DNA of 64,000 bases from Candidatus Firestoneibacteriota bacterium (GTDB lineage Bacteria > Oederibacteriota > D2-FULL-39-29 > CAIOVX01). Below are positions 27,796-36,713 of this stretch, one piece after another. Made by a program: the position numbers and the translations under genes. The DNA lies in the NCBI GenBank assembly GCA_903861835.1, contig CAIOVX010000011.1, forward strand, positions 66,122 to 130,121, given 5' to 3'. Numbering within the stretch: the first letter of the stretch is position 1; each line of letters starts with the position of its first letter. The notes beneath the pieces are model-generated. The model saw only the letters and a list, made by a program, of their open reading frames with translations, was not told the origin of the DNA and did no database searches.

Positions 27796-29015
27796 GAGAA
27801 AAAAATGAAGCCGTAGAGCGTCTCCTGCAGGTTGGCATAGCCCTTTCAAGCATAGAGAACCTTGAGAGCCTGCTTGATCTTATATTGAGGGAAGCTCAGG
27901 AATTAATGGGCTGCGACGGAGCTTCAATATTTCTTGTAAAAGAAGAAAAGCTTATCTTTAAGGCAATGCGCTCAGGCACCTATTTCCGGATGTGGGGCGA
28001 AGAAAAGACCAGGGCCGTTTTCAAGGCCTTTGAAATGCCTCTCACAAAAAACAGTATAGCAGGGTATGTTGCTTTAACCTCTTCCGGCTTGAATATTCCT
28101 GATGTTTCGAGTATTCCGGCAGGAGAACATTACAGATACGATCCTACTCTTGATGAAAAATACGGCTACAGGACGGTCTCTTTGCTGGTTATCCCCATAA
28201 AGAATAAGCAGAGCAAAGTCATAGGCGTGTTGGAACTTATAAACGCGATTGTTGAGGAAAAGGTAACGCAGTTTTCTGACGCAGACCGGGAGATCGCGGA
28301 ATCCTTCTCTTCGCAGGCAGGTGTCGCTATTCAGAACACCAGTCTCACGGAACAACTTCGTGAAGCCAATTTTGACACCATTTTCCGCCTGTCGGTGGCT
28401 GCGGAATACAGAGACAAAGAGACCTCCAACCATATCAAGCGTGTAAGCTATTACGCGAGGCTTATAGCGGAAAAACTCAGAATTTGTACCGAGGACTGCA
28501 CTCTCCTGTTCTGGGCTGCTCCTATGCATGATATTGGTAAACTCGGTATTCCGGATTCTATCCTGCAAAAACCCGGGCCTCTGACTCCTGAAGAGCGAAA
28601 AATAATGGAAAAGCATCCGGTAATCGGCGCTAAAGTGCTCAAGGACTCAAAGGTACCGGTCATTTTGAAGTCGAAGGTCGTGGCACTGACACACCATGAA
28701 AAATATGACGGCACCGGATATCCCCTGAAAATGAAAGGCAACGCTATACCGGTTGAAGGCCGGATTGTCGCGCTGGCGGATGTATTTGACGCGCTCACGA
28801 GCAAGCGGGTTTATAAAGCGCAGATGCCTGAAGAGCAGGCGCTTAAGATTATGAAAGAAGGCAGGGGCGTTCACTTTGATCCGGAAATGCTGGATTGCTT
28901 TCTTGGGAATCTGCCGGCTGTGCGGGAAATCAGAGACAGGTTTGAGGATAAGCCGGAAGATTTTGACAAGCTCAAGGATGTCGGGAACGAAGACCTGAGC
29001 GAATTGCTTAAATAA
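27792..29015 (+). CDS. GAF-domain HD-GYP phosphohydrolase (probable c-di-GMP phosphodiesterase)
   Basis: N-terminal GAF-like sensor. C-terminal HD-GYP motifs HDIGKLGIPD and HHEKYDGTGYP. Confidence 0.75.
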   Translation: MREKNEAVERLLQVGIALSSIENLESLLDLILREAQELMGCDGASIFLVKEEKLIFKAMRSGTYFRMWGEEKTRAVFKAFEMPLTKNSIAGYVALTSSGLNIPDVSSIPAGEHYRYDPTLDEKYGYRTVSLLVIPIKNKQSKVIGVLELINAIVEEKVTQFSDADREIAESFSSQAGVAIQNTSLTEQLREANFDTIFRLSVAAEYRDKETSNHIKRVSYYARLIAEKLRICTEDCTLLFWAAPMHDIGKLGIPDSILQKPGPLTPEERKIMEKHPVIGAKVLKDSKVPVILKSKVVALTHHEKYDGTGYPLKMKGNAIPVEGRIVALADVFDALTSKRVYKAQMPEEQALKIMKEGRGVHFDPEMLDCFLGNLPAVREIRDRFEDKPEDFDKLKDVGNEDLSELLK

Positions 29016-29037
29016 TTAACTGTTCATCGGAGGCACT

Positions 29038-29994
29038 GTGAAAGCAATTGTAACCGGAGGCGCCGGATTCATCGGCAGCTGCCTGATAGCAAAACTCAAC
29101 GCGGAAGGCGTTGATGACATAATCGCAGTAGACCGGATAGGTTCGTCAGCAAGCTGGAAGAATCTTACGGGCAAGCGGATAAGCGACTATCTCGACATAG
29201 ACGCCCTTCCGGAATACTTGAAAACGAATAAACCCGGGCTAATATTGCATATGGGAGCCTGTTCGGCAACAACTGAGACGGATGTCTCATATTTAATGGA
29301 GAATAACTACCGCTATACCAGAATGCTCGCGGAATACTCGGCGGAAAAAAAAGTTCACTTCCTGTACGCTTCTTCGGGAGCTACTTATGGGGACGGGAAA
29401 TGCGGGTATAGCGATTCGAATGAAGTTTCAGCCAGGCTGAAGCCGCTGAATGCCTACGGGTACTCAAAACAACTTTTTGATCTTTTCGCCATAAATTCGG
29501 GTCTTGATAAGAAGATTACCGGCTTTAAATTCTTCAATGTTTTCGGGCCAAATGAATATCACAAAGGCGATATGCGCAGTGTTATAGCAAAGGCGTACCC
29601 CTCCATACTTGCCGGAGAGAAGATGAAACTTTTCAAGTCTTACCTGGAAGATTACAAGGACGGCGAGCAAAAAAGGGATTTTGTTTATATTAAAGACGCC
29701 GTTGAAATGGTTTGGTATTTCATTGAGCATCGAGAGAAGAAAGGAATCTTCAATGTAGGGACAGGAAAGGCGAGAAGCTGGAATGATCTCGCGAAAGCTA
29801 TGTTTTCTGCAGCCGGAAAGGCGCCTCAGATAGAATACATAGAGATGCCTGAAACTCTCAGGGATAAATATCAGTATTTCACGCAAGCTGACATTTCAAA
29901 ACTGCAAGAGAGCGGCTGCGCTCATAAATGTATGGAGCTTGAAGAATCTGTAAAAGATTATGCGTCCTATCTTGCAACCGGCAGATATATCTAA
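29038..29994 (+). CDS. hldD: ADP-L-glycero-D-manno-heptose-6-epimerase
   Basis: The N-terminus MKAIVTGGAGFIGSCLIAKLNAEGVDDIIAVD and the SDR-type YxxxK region are collinear with HldD/RfaD. Length is 318 aa. Confidence 0.7.
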   Translation: MKAIVTGGAGFIGSCLIAKLNAEGVDDIIAVDRIGSSASWKNLTGKRISDYLDIDALPEYLKTNKPGLILHMGACSATTETDVSYLMENNYRYTRMLAEYSAEKKVHFLYASSGATYGDGKCGYSDSNEVSARLKPLNAYGYSKQLFDLFAINSGLDKKITGFKFFNVFGPNEYHKGDMRSVIAKAYPSILAGEKMKLFKSYLEDYKDGEQKRDFVYIKDAVEMVWYFIEHREKKGIFNVGTGKARSWNDLAKAMFSAAGKAPQIEYIEMPETLRDKYQYFTQADISKLQESGCAHKCMELEESVKDYASYLATGRYI

Positions 29995-30026
29995 TAGGCG
30001 CGAAAGCAGTGTTAACGGGAGGTTAA

Positions 30027-31067
30027 TTGGCTAAATATTTCATTTCCGGGGGCTCGGGATTCCTGGGTGTAAACCTTATCAGATACCTTTTGGATAAAGG
30101 GGAAGAGGTTGTTTCCTACGATGTTCTGCCTTTCGATTACCCTGATGCAAAGGACAGGATTACTCATATAGTCGGTGACATAAGGGACACGGGACTTACG
30201 GCGAGGTCAATGCAGGGCTGCGACATAGCGGTTCACACTGCTGCCGCGCTTCCGCTCTACAGCAGCCGCGATATCATGACCACCGATGTTGACGGCACGA
30301 GGAATATGCTCAGCGGAGCTTTTAGTAACGGCATCAAACGGTTTGTGCACATTTCTTCTACCGCAGTGTACGGTATTCCTGACCATCATCCTCTGCTCGA
30401 AAACGATAAGCTTGAAGGCGTGGGGCCTTACGGAAAGGCCAAGATACTTGCCGAAGAACTCTGTCTTGAATACAGAAAGAAGGGGATGTGCGTCCCGATA
30501 ATCAGGCCTAAGTCTTTTGTGGGGCCTGAACGTCTTGGGGTTTTCGCGCTCTTTTATGACTGGGCCAAGGATGGGCGGGGCTTTCCTATGATTGGGAGCG
30601 GCAATAACCGCTATCAGCTCCTGGATGTCTTTGACCTTTGCGCTGCCATCTATCTGGCTGCAACCAAAGAGGAAAGCATAGCTAACGATACTTACAACAT
30701 CGGGGCTAAAATATTCACGACGATGAAAGAAGATTACCAGGCTGTACTGGACAAGGCCGGATTCGGGAAGAAGATAAAGGGTTTTCCTGCCTGGCCGTTA
30801 ATAGCCGCGCTCAGAGTGCTGGAATTCTTTAAACTCTCTCCGCTTTATAAATGGGTATACGAAACGGCTTCAAAGGATTCTTTTGTTTCAATTGAAAAGG
30901 CCGAGAAGAAACTCGGTTTTGCTCCTAAATTCTCTAATAAAGACGCCCTGCTCAGGAACTATGAATGGTATCTTTCCAACCTTAAGAGCTTTGAAGGGAA
31001 GGAAGGGGTTTCGCACCGCGCTCCCTGGAAACAAGGGGTTCTTGGATTTGTAAAACTGCTTTTCTAA
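30027..31067 (+). CDS. NAD-dependent epimerase/dehydratase family protein (TTG start)
   Basis: Rossmann motif ISGGSGFLG and extended SDR architecture. Sits next to hldD. Confidence 0.7.
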   Translation: MAKYFISGGSGFLGVNLIRYLLDKGEEVVSYDVLPFDYPDAKDRITHIVGDIRDTGLTARSMQGCDIAVHTAAALPLYSSRDIMTTDVDGTRNMLSGAFSNGIKRFVHISSTAVYGIPDHHPLLENDKLEGVGPYGKAKILAEELCLEYRKKGMCVPIIRPKSFVGPERLGVFALFYDWAKDGRGFPMIGSGNNRYQLLDVFDLCAAIYLAATKEESIANDTYNIGAKIFTTMKEDYQAVLDKAGFGKKIKGFPAWPLIAALRVLEFFKLSPLYKWVYETASKDSFVSIEKAEKKLGFAPKFSNKDALLRNYEWYLSNLKSFEGKEGVSHRAPWKQGVLGFVKLLF

Positions 31068-31106
31068 CCCAAAATCAGCCCGCCGCTAAAAAGGAAGAAA
31101 TGATAA

Positions 31107-33965
31107 ATGACTTTAAACTTTCATAAAGAAGCTGAACGGATACTCTCTCTTGAAACGAAGAGCCGCGTGAATACTCTCGGCGGCTACGGACCTTCCGGCG
31201 AAGTGATCTACGAGAAACACCCCTTCGGGTGTCCTTCTACGCTTATGACCAGCCGCGACAACGGCAAAGCCGTCTTTATGACAAACGGTTCGGTATCCTT
31301 TGAGGTCAAAACAAAAGAAGGAATGGAAGTCACCGTGCTAGCCGGCAGTTTCGACTCGAACGAAAAACACGAGACGGGCGCCCCTTCGGCAAATATCTGG
31401 CTCTCTCTCGAGGCGGGAAAAAAACAGCGGATAACCTCATTAATAAACCCTGGCTGCAACCTTAACTGCGCCCCCGTGTCTATGAAGACAGTCAAAATAG
31501 GCGACCCCGGCAGGGCTATGTGGTATGCCTATGAATTTAGGACAGAGACCGGTGATCGTTTTAGCACGGCAGTAAAATATTCTTTTATAGCCTCAAAACA
31601 CGGCCCGGCCTTTATTCGACAGGGATATATAAAAAACCTCGGGAAAAAACAGCTTAGGGGAGACCTTTGGGCGTATTTCAACATGCAAGGAACTCAGAAA
31701 TTTGTCTACAATAAGGCGCTCTGGTATGACACGGGGATGGCCGTCACTCCGGGAGAGACTGTGGTTTCCTGCCGCGTTCCTTACACCGAGATACTTCAAC
31801 TGAAACGTGTTTCCGGGAAAGCAAGCGGCGGCATAATCATAAAAGAAGCCACCTGCGATTACACGGGTTTTATAGGTGACTCCTCTGCTTTCGCGCTTCT
31901 TCCGCAGGCCGTGCTAAAGGGAAGAATATTAAACGCTTCCGGCAGGAACTTAAACAGGTTTTCTGTCCCGACAGTATCTGCAGTCAGGGCTGTCTTTAAC
32001 CTGGCGCCCGGGAAAAGCGGTGTTTTTGAAGAGAGTTTGCAATACATGACCGATCCCGGTATTGTCGCGAGCTTTAAGTCAGGCTCTTCCTGTCGTTATC
32101 CGGGATATAAAAATGTTGAGAAGGCGTTTTCTTCAGCCGCCAAAAAACTTCTCAAGACCACTCTTGATGCCCGACGCCTCATAAATGGAAAAAAGCCGTC
32201 CGCTGAGGGCTCAAGGCCGGCCTTTGAAATAGAATTCCCGGAGTCCGGGGTGGTTACTGAATATGCAAGGTCTGTTTGGACCGGTGTACAGGAGCTTTAC
32301 GAGAACTGCAGAGCGCATGGTTCTATGCTTGCAGATGGAATTGAGCTTGGTACCAGAGACCGCGGTCAGGATATGTGGCCAAAGATGAAGGAAGACGCCG
32401 CACGCGTCAGAATTGACCTGATCCATGCTCTAAGTTTCAGGTATGTCACGGTAAAGCACGGACATAAATGGTCAGTGCCTCTGACCAGGTTAGAGAAACT
32501 GCACGGCATGTTCCCGCGTCAGTTCCCGAGCCGGTGGTTTGATAGGTCAAAGGCCGTGATGAATGATAACCGCCCATATAATGACAGCGCGGTATGGCTT
32601 TTGAATTCTCTAAGGAAATATGTCAATGAAACCGGAGACCTTGGAATCCTTGAAGAAAAAGTAAAGTGCGTGCGGCTTACAAATCCGGAGCAGCCTGAAC
32701 AATCCGGAATAGCCGGACTTGATGAAACCCTTAGCATTGCCGAAACAGTTCTTGAGATACTTGAAGGCTATGGGCGCCACGCCAAAGATTCTCCTTACGG
32801 GATGGTCCAGATGATGTACGGCGACTGGTGCGATCCTGTGGATATGATGGGCACTTCAATTCCGGGAGACTCTTCAACTAGAGGAAAAGGACGGGGAGTC
32901 AGCGTCAGATTGAGCGCGCATGTTTTTAACAGTATGGTTGAGTTTATAGACATTTTCGGCTCCAAAAGTATTACCGGCAAGGCGTCCGCTGACTTCAGGA
33001 CGCGAGTAGAGAAACTCAAGCAGACCGCAAACGGGATCCGGAAAAACATTATCAGCTTCGGCTGGGAAGGCGGAAAGCTGGGGGCTTTTCTTGACGCGAT
33101 TCACGAGTTCAGGAAAGACGGGACAATACCGGACTATGCTGCCGGAGAGACAGGGTACACGATAGGCTCGCTGAAAGACAGGGAATTTGACGGGATTGAA
33201 CGCCGCGAGCTGCTTACACAGGCGCACTGCATTCCCTTACTGATGAAAAAGAGGGGATACCTGGAGGAAGTAAAGAATGGCTCGGGCATGCTTAAACAGT
33301 TGCTGCGTACGGTTGACGCAGTCCTCTACGACAAAGAATTAGGTTTCAAACTCTTCAGTCCCCCTATCTCAAATGACGTAAATTCTTTGAAACTTGTGGG
33401 CCGGATGGGAATGATACCCGCAGGAACCGCAGAAAACGGAGAGTACCACCACGCCCAGCTGATGATGGATTTCTTCAGGCTGAGTGTGCCCGGAGAGGCA
33501 GACACCGTCTGGTCGCAATTTAAGGCCATTATTTCGGCAACCAGAGATGAGTCTCTTGGCGGACCTTTTGATATGCCGTCAACTTCCTACGCGTCTGATC
33601 CGGATGATCCACATTATGGTAAGGGAATGTATTTCGGGCTCTCAGGTTCCACGGACTGGATTATAGAGTTCCTGCAGGAAATAGCCGGGGTCAGGCTCTC
33701 CCTGAATGATTCCGGCAGTCCGGCGATAGAGGTTAAGCCGAGGCTTCCGGCTGAACTTAAAGGCAGGTTGGTCTTTAGAAGAATAATTCACAAGGCGGCA
33801 GGAACCGGGTTTGAAATGATACCGTTAGAACTGAAGATATCGAGCGCGAGCGGCCTGACTGAAAAAATGAAGTCAGTGAAAATTAACGGGAAATCGTGTG
33901 AGAGGGCTGTTGTTGAATCGTTAAAAGGTGTCAAAGAGGTCAAAATTGATATTATTTACTGCTGA
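31107..33965 (+). CDS. Large glycoside hydrolase/phosphorylase-like protein, possibly GH94-like with an (alpha/alpha)6 barrel
   Basis: 952 aa. The GDWCDPVDMMG motif resembles the GDWND catalytic region of GH94 phosphorylases, but the family assignment is uncertain. Located in a sugar-nucleotide context. Confidence 0.35.
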   Translation: MTLNFHKEAERILSLETKSRVNTLGGYGPSGEVIYEKHPFGCPSTLMTSRDNGKAVFMTNGSVSFEVKTKEGMEVTVLAGSFDSNEKHETGAPSANIWLSLEAGKKQRITSLINPGCNLNCAPVSMKTVKIGDPGRAMWYAYEFRTETGDRFSTAVKYSFIASKHGPAFIRQGYIKNLGKKQLRGDLWAYFNMQGTQKFVYNKALWYDTGMAVTPGETVVSCRVPYTEILQLKRVSGKASGGIIIKEATCDYTGFIGDSSAFALLPQAVLKGRILNASGRNLNRFSVPTVSAVRAVFNLAPGKSGVFEESLQYMTDPGIVASFKSGSSCRYPGYKNVEKAFSSAAKKLLKTTLDARRLINGKKPSAEGSRPAFEIEFPESGVVTEYARSVWTGVQELYENCRAHGSMLADGIELGTRDRGQDMWPKMKEDAARVRIDLIHALSFRYVTVKHGHKWSVPLTRLEKLHGMFPRQFPSRWFDRSKAVMNDNRPYNDSAVWLLNSLRKYVNETGDLGILEEKVKCVRLTNPEQPEQSGIAGLDETLSIAETVLEILEGYGRHAKDSPYGMVQMMYGDWCDPVDMMGTSIPGDSSTRGKGRGVSVRLSAHVFNSMVEFIDIFGSKSITGKASADFRTRVEKLKQTANGIRKNIISFGWEGGKLGAFLDAIHEFRKDGTIPDYAAGETGYTIGSLKDREFDGIERRELLTQAHCIPLLMKKRGYLEEVKNGSGMLKQLLRTVDAVLYDKELGFKLFSPPISNDVNSLKLVGRMGMIPAGTAENGEYHHAQLMMDFFRLSVPGEADTVWSQFKAIISATRDESLGGPFDMPSTSYASDPDDPHYGKGMYFGLSGSTDWIIEFLQEIAGVRLSLNDSGSPAIEVKPRLPAELKGRLVFRRIIHKAAGTGFEMIPLELKISSASGLTEKMKSVKINGKSCERAVVESLKGVKEVKIDIIYC

Positions 33966-34000
33966 TTGGCTAAGCGCAGGTAATGAGTTATAATATGAAA

Positions 34001-34029
34001 TTGCTAAAAGAGCAGGAAATTGCTATAAT
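34001..34029 (+). promoter_or_regulatory. Candidate promoter for tRNA-Arg
   Basis: TTGCTA, a 17-nt spacer, then TATAAT, ending 8 nt before the tRNA 5' end. Confidence 0.4.
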
Positions 34030-34037
34030 TCAACAGC

Positions 34038-34111
<74 letters not shown>

Positions 34112-34180
34112 TATAAAGCTAAGAGCAAACAACGGACGTTAAATTATAAAACAGGTCTTTAACCGGTACGAGGAGAGCGC

Positions 34181-34615
34181 ATGAAAAAGATAATTACGGT
34201 TTTTCTGATGCTCCTGTCGGTCTCAGTCATTGCCCAAACAGCGGATGATTTCTTCAAGCGCGGTATTGAGGCGGCGCACCACGGCCAACCGGATAATGCC
34301 ATAGAAAACCTTAAGAAGGCGCTGGAACTTTCCCCCGGCCTTGCCGATTATCACCTGAATCTCGGTGTCCTGTATGCCAATAAAAAAGATTATGACAATG
34401 CGATTTTGGAGATTAGGGCTTCAATTAATGCCAATCCCTCAAACGTAATGGCACATTATGTGATGGCCCTGCTTATGGAAAAGAAAAGGGAGAGAGAAAA
34501 AGCTGTCTCGGAGTGGGAAACTGTTCTAAGGCTAAAGCCTGCTGATGACCTTCAGAATACCGCGGAGAAGCATATAAGACACCTAAAAGAGCGTATGAAT
34601 GAAAGGGCTCAATAG
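34181..34615 (+). CDS. Secreted TPR-repeat protein
   Basis: Signal peptide followed by 3-4 TPR-like units (..AIENLKKALEL.P..A.YH.NLGVLY...). Confidence 0.5.
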   Translation: MKKIITVFLMLLSVSVIAQTADDFFKRGIEAAHHGQPDNAIENLKKALELSPGLADYHLNLGVLYANKKDYDNAILEIRASINANPSNVMAHYVMALLMEKKREREKAVSEWETVLRLKPADDLQNTAEKHIRHLKERMNERAQ

Positions 34616-35170
34616 ATGAAAAAAATCATTCTTGTTTGCCTGTCGCTCTTTATGCTCTTAGGCTGCGCCGTGAGATATTCCGTGAAGAAAGGGTACGATT
34701 TTACAAAAGTCAAACGCATAGCAGTGTGCGAGTTTTCGGGCACCTCCGTTCTTGCAAATTCAGGTGATATAGTAGCCGATGAGTTTGTGCTGCAGATGAT
34801 AGAGAAAGGGTACAATGTTATAGAGCGCAGCAAGGTGAATCTTTTGATCAGAGAAAGGAATCTTGATTCTACGGATTATGGAAGGCTCGGCAAGTTGTTG
34901 GGCGTTGATGCGATACTTACCGGCTCGGTAACCAAGTATGCGGAAGATGCAAGCCGAATGATTTATTATACCGATTCCAGCGGGGTATTGCGTTCCGAGG
35001 CAACTATTTCACGCGCTGTTGTAGGCGTCTCAGCCAGATTGATAGACGTTAATACCGGTGAAGTCGTATGGACCGCCAGGAATGATGATGAAGCGTTCGA
35101 TATTCAGAATGCCGTGAGCTTTGTGGTAGCGGGCTTGCTGGATTCCTTCAAAGCTATAAAACTGCAATAA
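34616..35170 (+). CDS. Lipoprotein, CsgG/LpoB/TolB-N-like fold
   Basis: Lipobox LLGC. Pattern KRIAV.EF......ADEF.LQMIEKGYNVIERS....L..E......GKLLGVDAILTGSVT is typical of this fold. Confidence 0.45.
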   Translation: MKKIILVCLSLFMLLGCAVRYSVKKGYDFTKVKRIAVCEFSGTSVLANSGDIVADEFVLQMIEKGYNVIERSKVNLLIRERNLDSTDYGRLGKLLGVDAILTGSVTKYAEDASRMIYYTDSSGVLRSEATISRAVVGVSARLIDVNTGEVVWTARNDDEAFDIQNAVSFVVAGLLDSFKAIKLQ

Positions 35171-35181
35171 TTCGGGAAAAA

Positions 35182-36264
35182 ATGGACAAACTGCGATTTT
35201 ACAACTGGTTGCGCCTGATCGGAATATTCCTTTCCATTCTTTTCTTATTATATCTTGCCTATATTATGCGTGAAGTGCTTATGCCTTTTTTTGTCGCTGC
35301 TCTAATCGTGTACATATTAAACCCGGTTGCCGATTATTTTGAGGGCAGAGGGCTTAGAAGAAGCGCCGTAGTTACCGTGCTCTTTCTTTCGCTTATCGCT
35401 ATAATAACAGTAGGTGTCTGCCTCTCGTGGGGTTCTCTAATGGGCGAGTTTGATTATCTTAAAGTCAACCTGCCCAAATACCTGCTAAGCATTAAAGGTT
35501 CGCTCCTGCAAACTGCGGGCATGCTTGAGAAACGGTTGGACTTTTTGCCGAAGGGTTTCTTTTCCGTAATCATAGAGGATAAATTTAAACAGAACCCCGG
35601 CAGTGTCATCTCGGCTGCTCCCGGCCTTATAATTTCCGCCGTTGGCTTTATTATGTCTTCCATAATAGTTCTTTTTACCGTCTTCTTTTTACTTAAAGAC
35701 GGCAAGCTGCTGCGCAAGAGCCTTATACGCGCGGTACCAAATCGCTATTTTGAAATAACGCTTACAATCCTTGACGAGGTTAATACCGCTGTGGGAAATT
35801 ACATCCGCGGCCAGATTACGGATTGCTTAATCATCGGTGCGCTTTCTACAATAGGGCTGGCGCTGATCGGCTTTAAGTACGCCATCCTGGTCGGGGCTAT
35901 CGTCGGCCTCATGAACATGATTCCGTATCTTGGCCCGCTTACCGGAATGATAGCCGGTTTTATGATGGCCCTAATTGACGGGAATTCCCTGCCGATGGGT
36001 TTGAGAGTATTGCTTATCCTTTCTATAGTAAAATTAATAGACGATGCGCTGGTAAATCCGATGGTTGTCGGAAGTTCCGTTGAACTCCATCCGCTGGTAG
36101 TTATATTGTGTATTGCGGTCGGAGAAGCGTTACTCGGAGTTGTTGGTATGCTTATAGCAGTTCCTGTCTTCTGCGCGCTCAAGGCTACATTTGAAGTTCT
36201 GCATAAGGGCTTAATAACCTACGGTATCTGGGAAGGGCAGGGAGCGGAGACGGCAGGAAAATGA
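35182..36264 (+). CDS. AI-2E family transporter (PerM/YhhT-like)
   Basis: 360 aa, about 8 TM helices, with conserved AI-2E family regions (NYIRGQ..., MNMIPYLGP). Confidence 0.7.
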   Translation: MDKLRFYNWLRLIGIFLSILFLLYLAYIMREVLMPFFVAALIVYILNPVADYFEGRGLRRSAVVTVLFLSLIAIITVGVCLSWGSLMGEFDYLKVNLPKYLLSIKGSLLQTAGMLEKRLDFLPKGFFSVIIEDKFKQNPGSVISAAPGLIISAVGFIMSSIIVLFTVFFLLKDGKLLRKSLIRAVPNRYFEITLTILDEVNTAVGNYIRGQITDCLIIGALSTIGLALIGFKYAILVGAIVGLMNMIPYLGPLTGMIAGFMMALIDGNSLPMGLRVLLILSIVKLIDDALVNPMVVGSSVELHPLVVILCIAVGEALLGVVGMLIAVPVFCALKATFEVLHKGLITYGIWEGQGAETAGK

Positions 36265-36713
36265 CCCACGAAGATTTCATGCTTGAAGCTCTAAAAGAAG
36301 CCCGGAAAGGCAACGCGAAAGGTGAAGTCCCGGTAGGCGCTGTCATTGTGCTTCAAGGAAAAATAATTGCCAGGGCGCACAGCCTTGTCCGCAGTAAGAA
36401 AGACCCCACGGCTCACGCCGAGATACTCGCGATCAGGAAGGCAGCCGTTAAAAATAAATACGAAAGGCTTAACGGCGCTGATATGTATGTAACACTTGAA
36501 CCTTGCGCCATGTGCGCAGGGGCCATGGTGCTCTCGAGGATAGAACGGCTGTATTTCGGCGCAAGCGAACCGAATACAGGAGCTGCCGGAAGCGTTTTTA
36601 ATGTAGTCTCAGATCCGCATCACAATCACAGAATAAAAACCTTCAAGGCTGTGCTTGAGTCTGAAAGCAGCGAGCTGCTTAGAGGCTTCTTCAAAGATAA
36701 GAGGAAGAAATGA
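36261..36713 (+). CDS. tadA: tRNA-specific adenosine deaminase
   Basis: CDA-fold zinc motifs HAEILAIRKA and PCAMCAGAM. Length is 150 aa. Confidence 0.9.
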   Translation: MTHEDFMLEALKEARKGNAKGEVPVGAVIVLQGKIIARAHSLVRSKKDPTAHAEILAIRKAAVKNKYERLNGADMYVTLEPCAMCAGAMVLSRIERLYFGASEPNTGAAGSVFNVVSDPHHNHRIKTFKAVLESESSELLRGFFKDKRKK

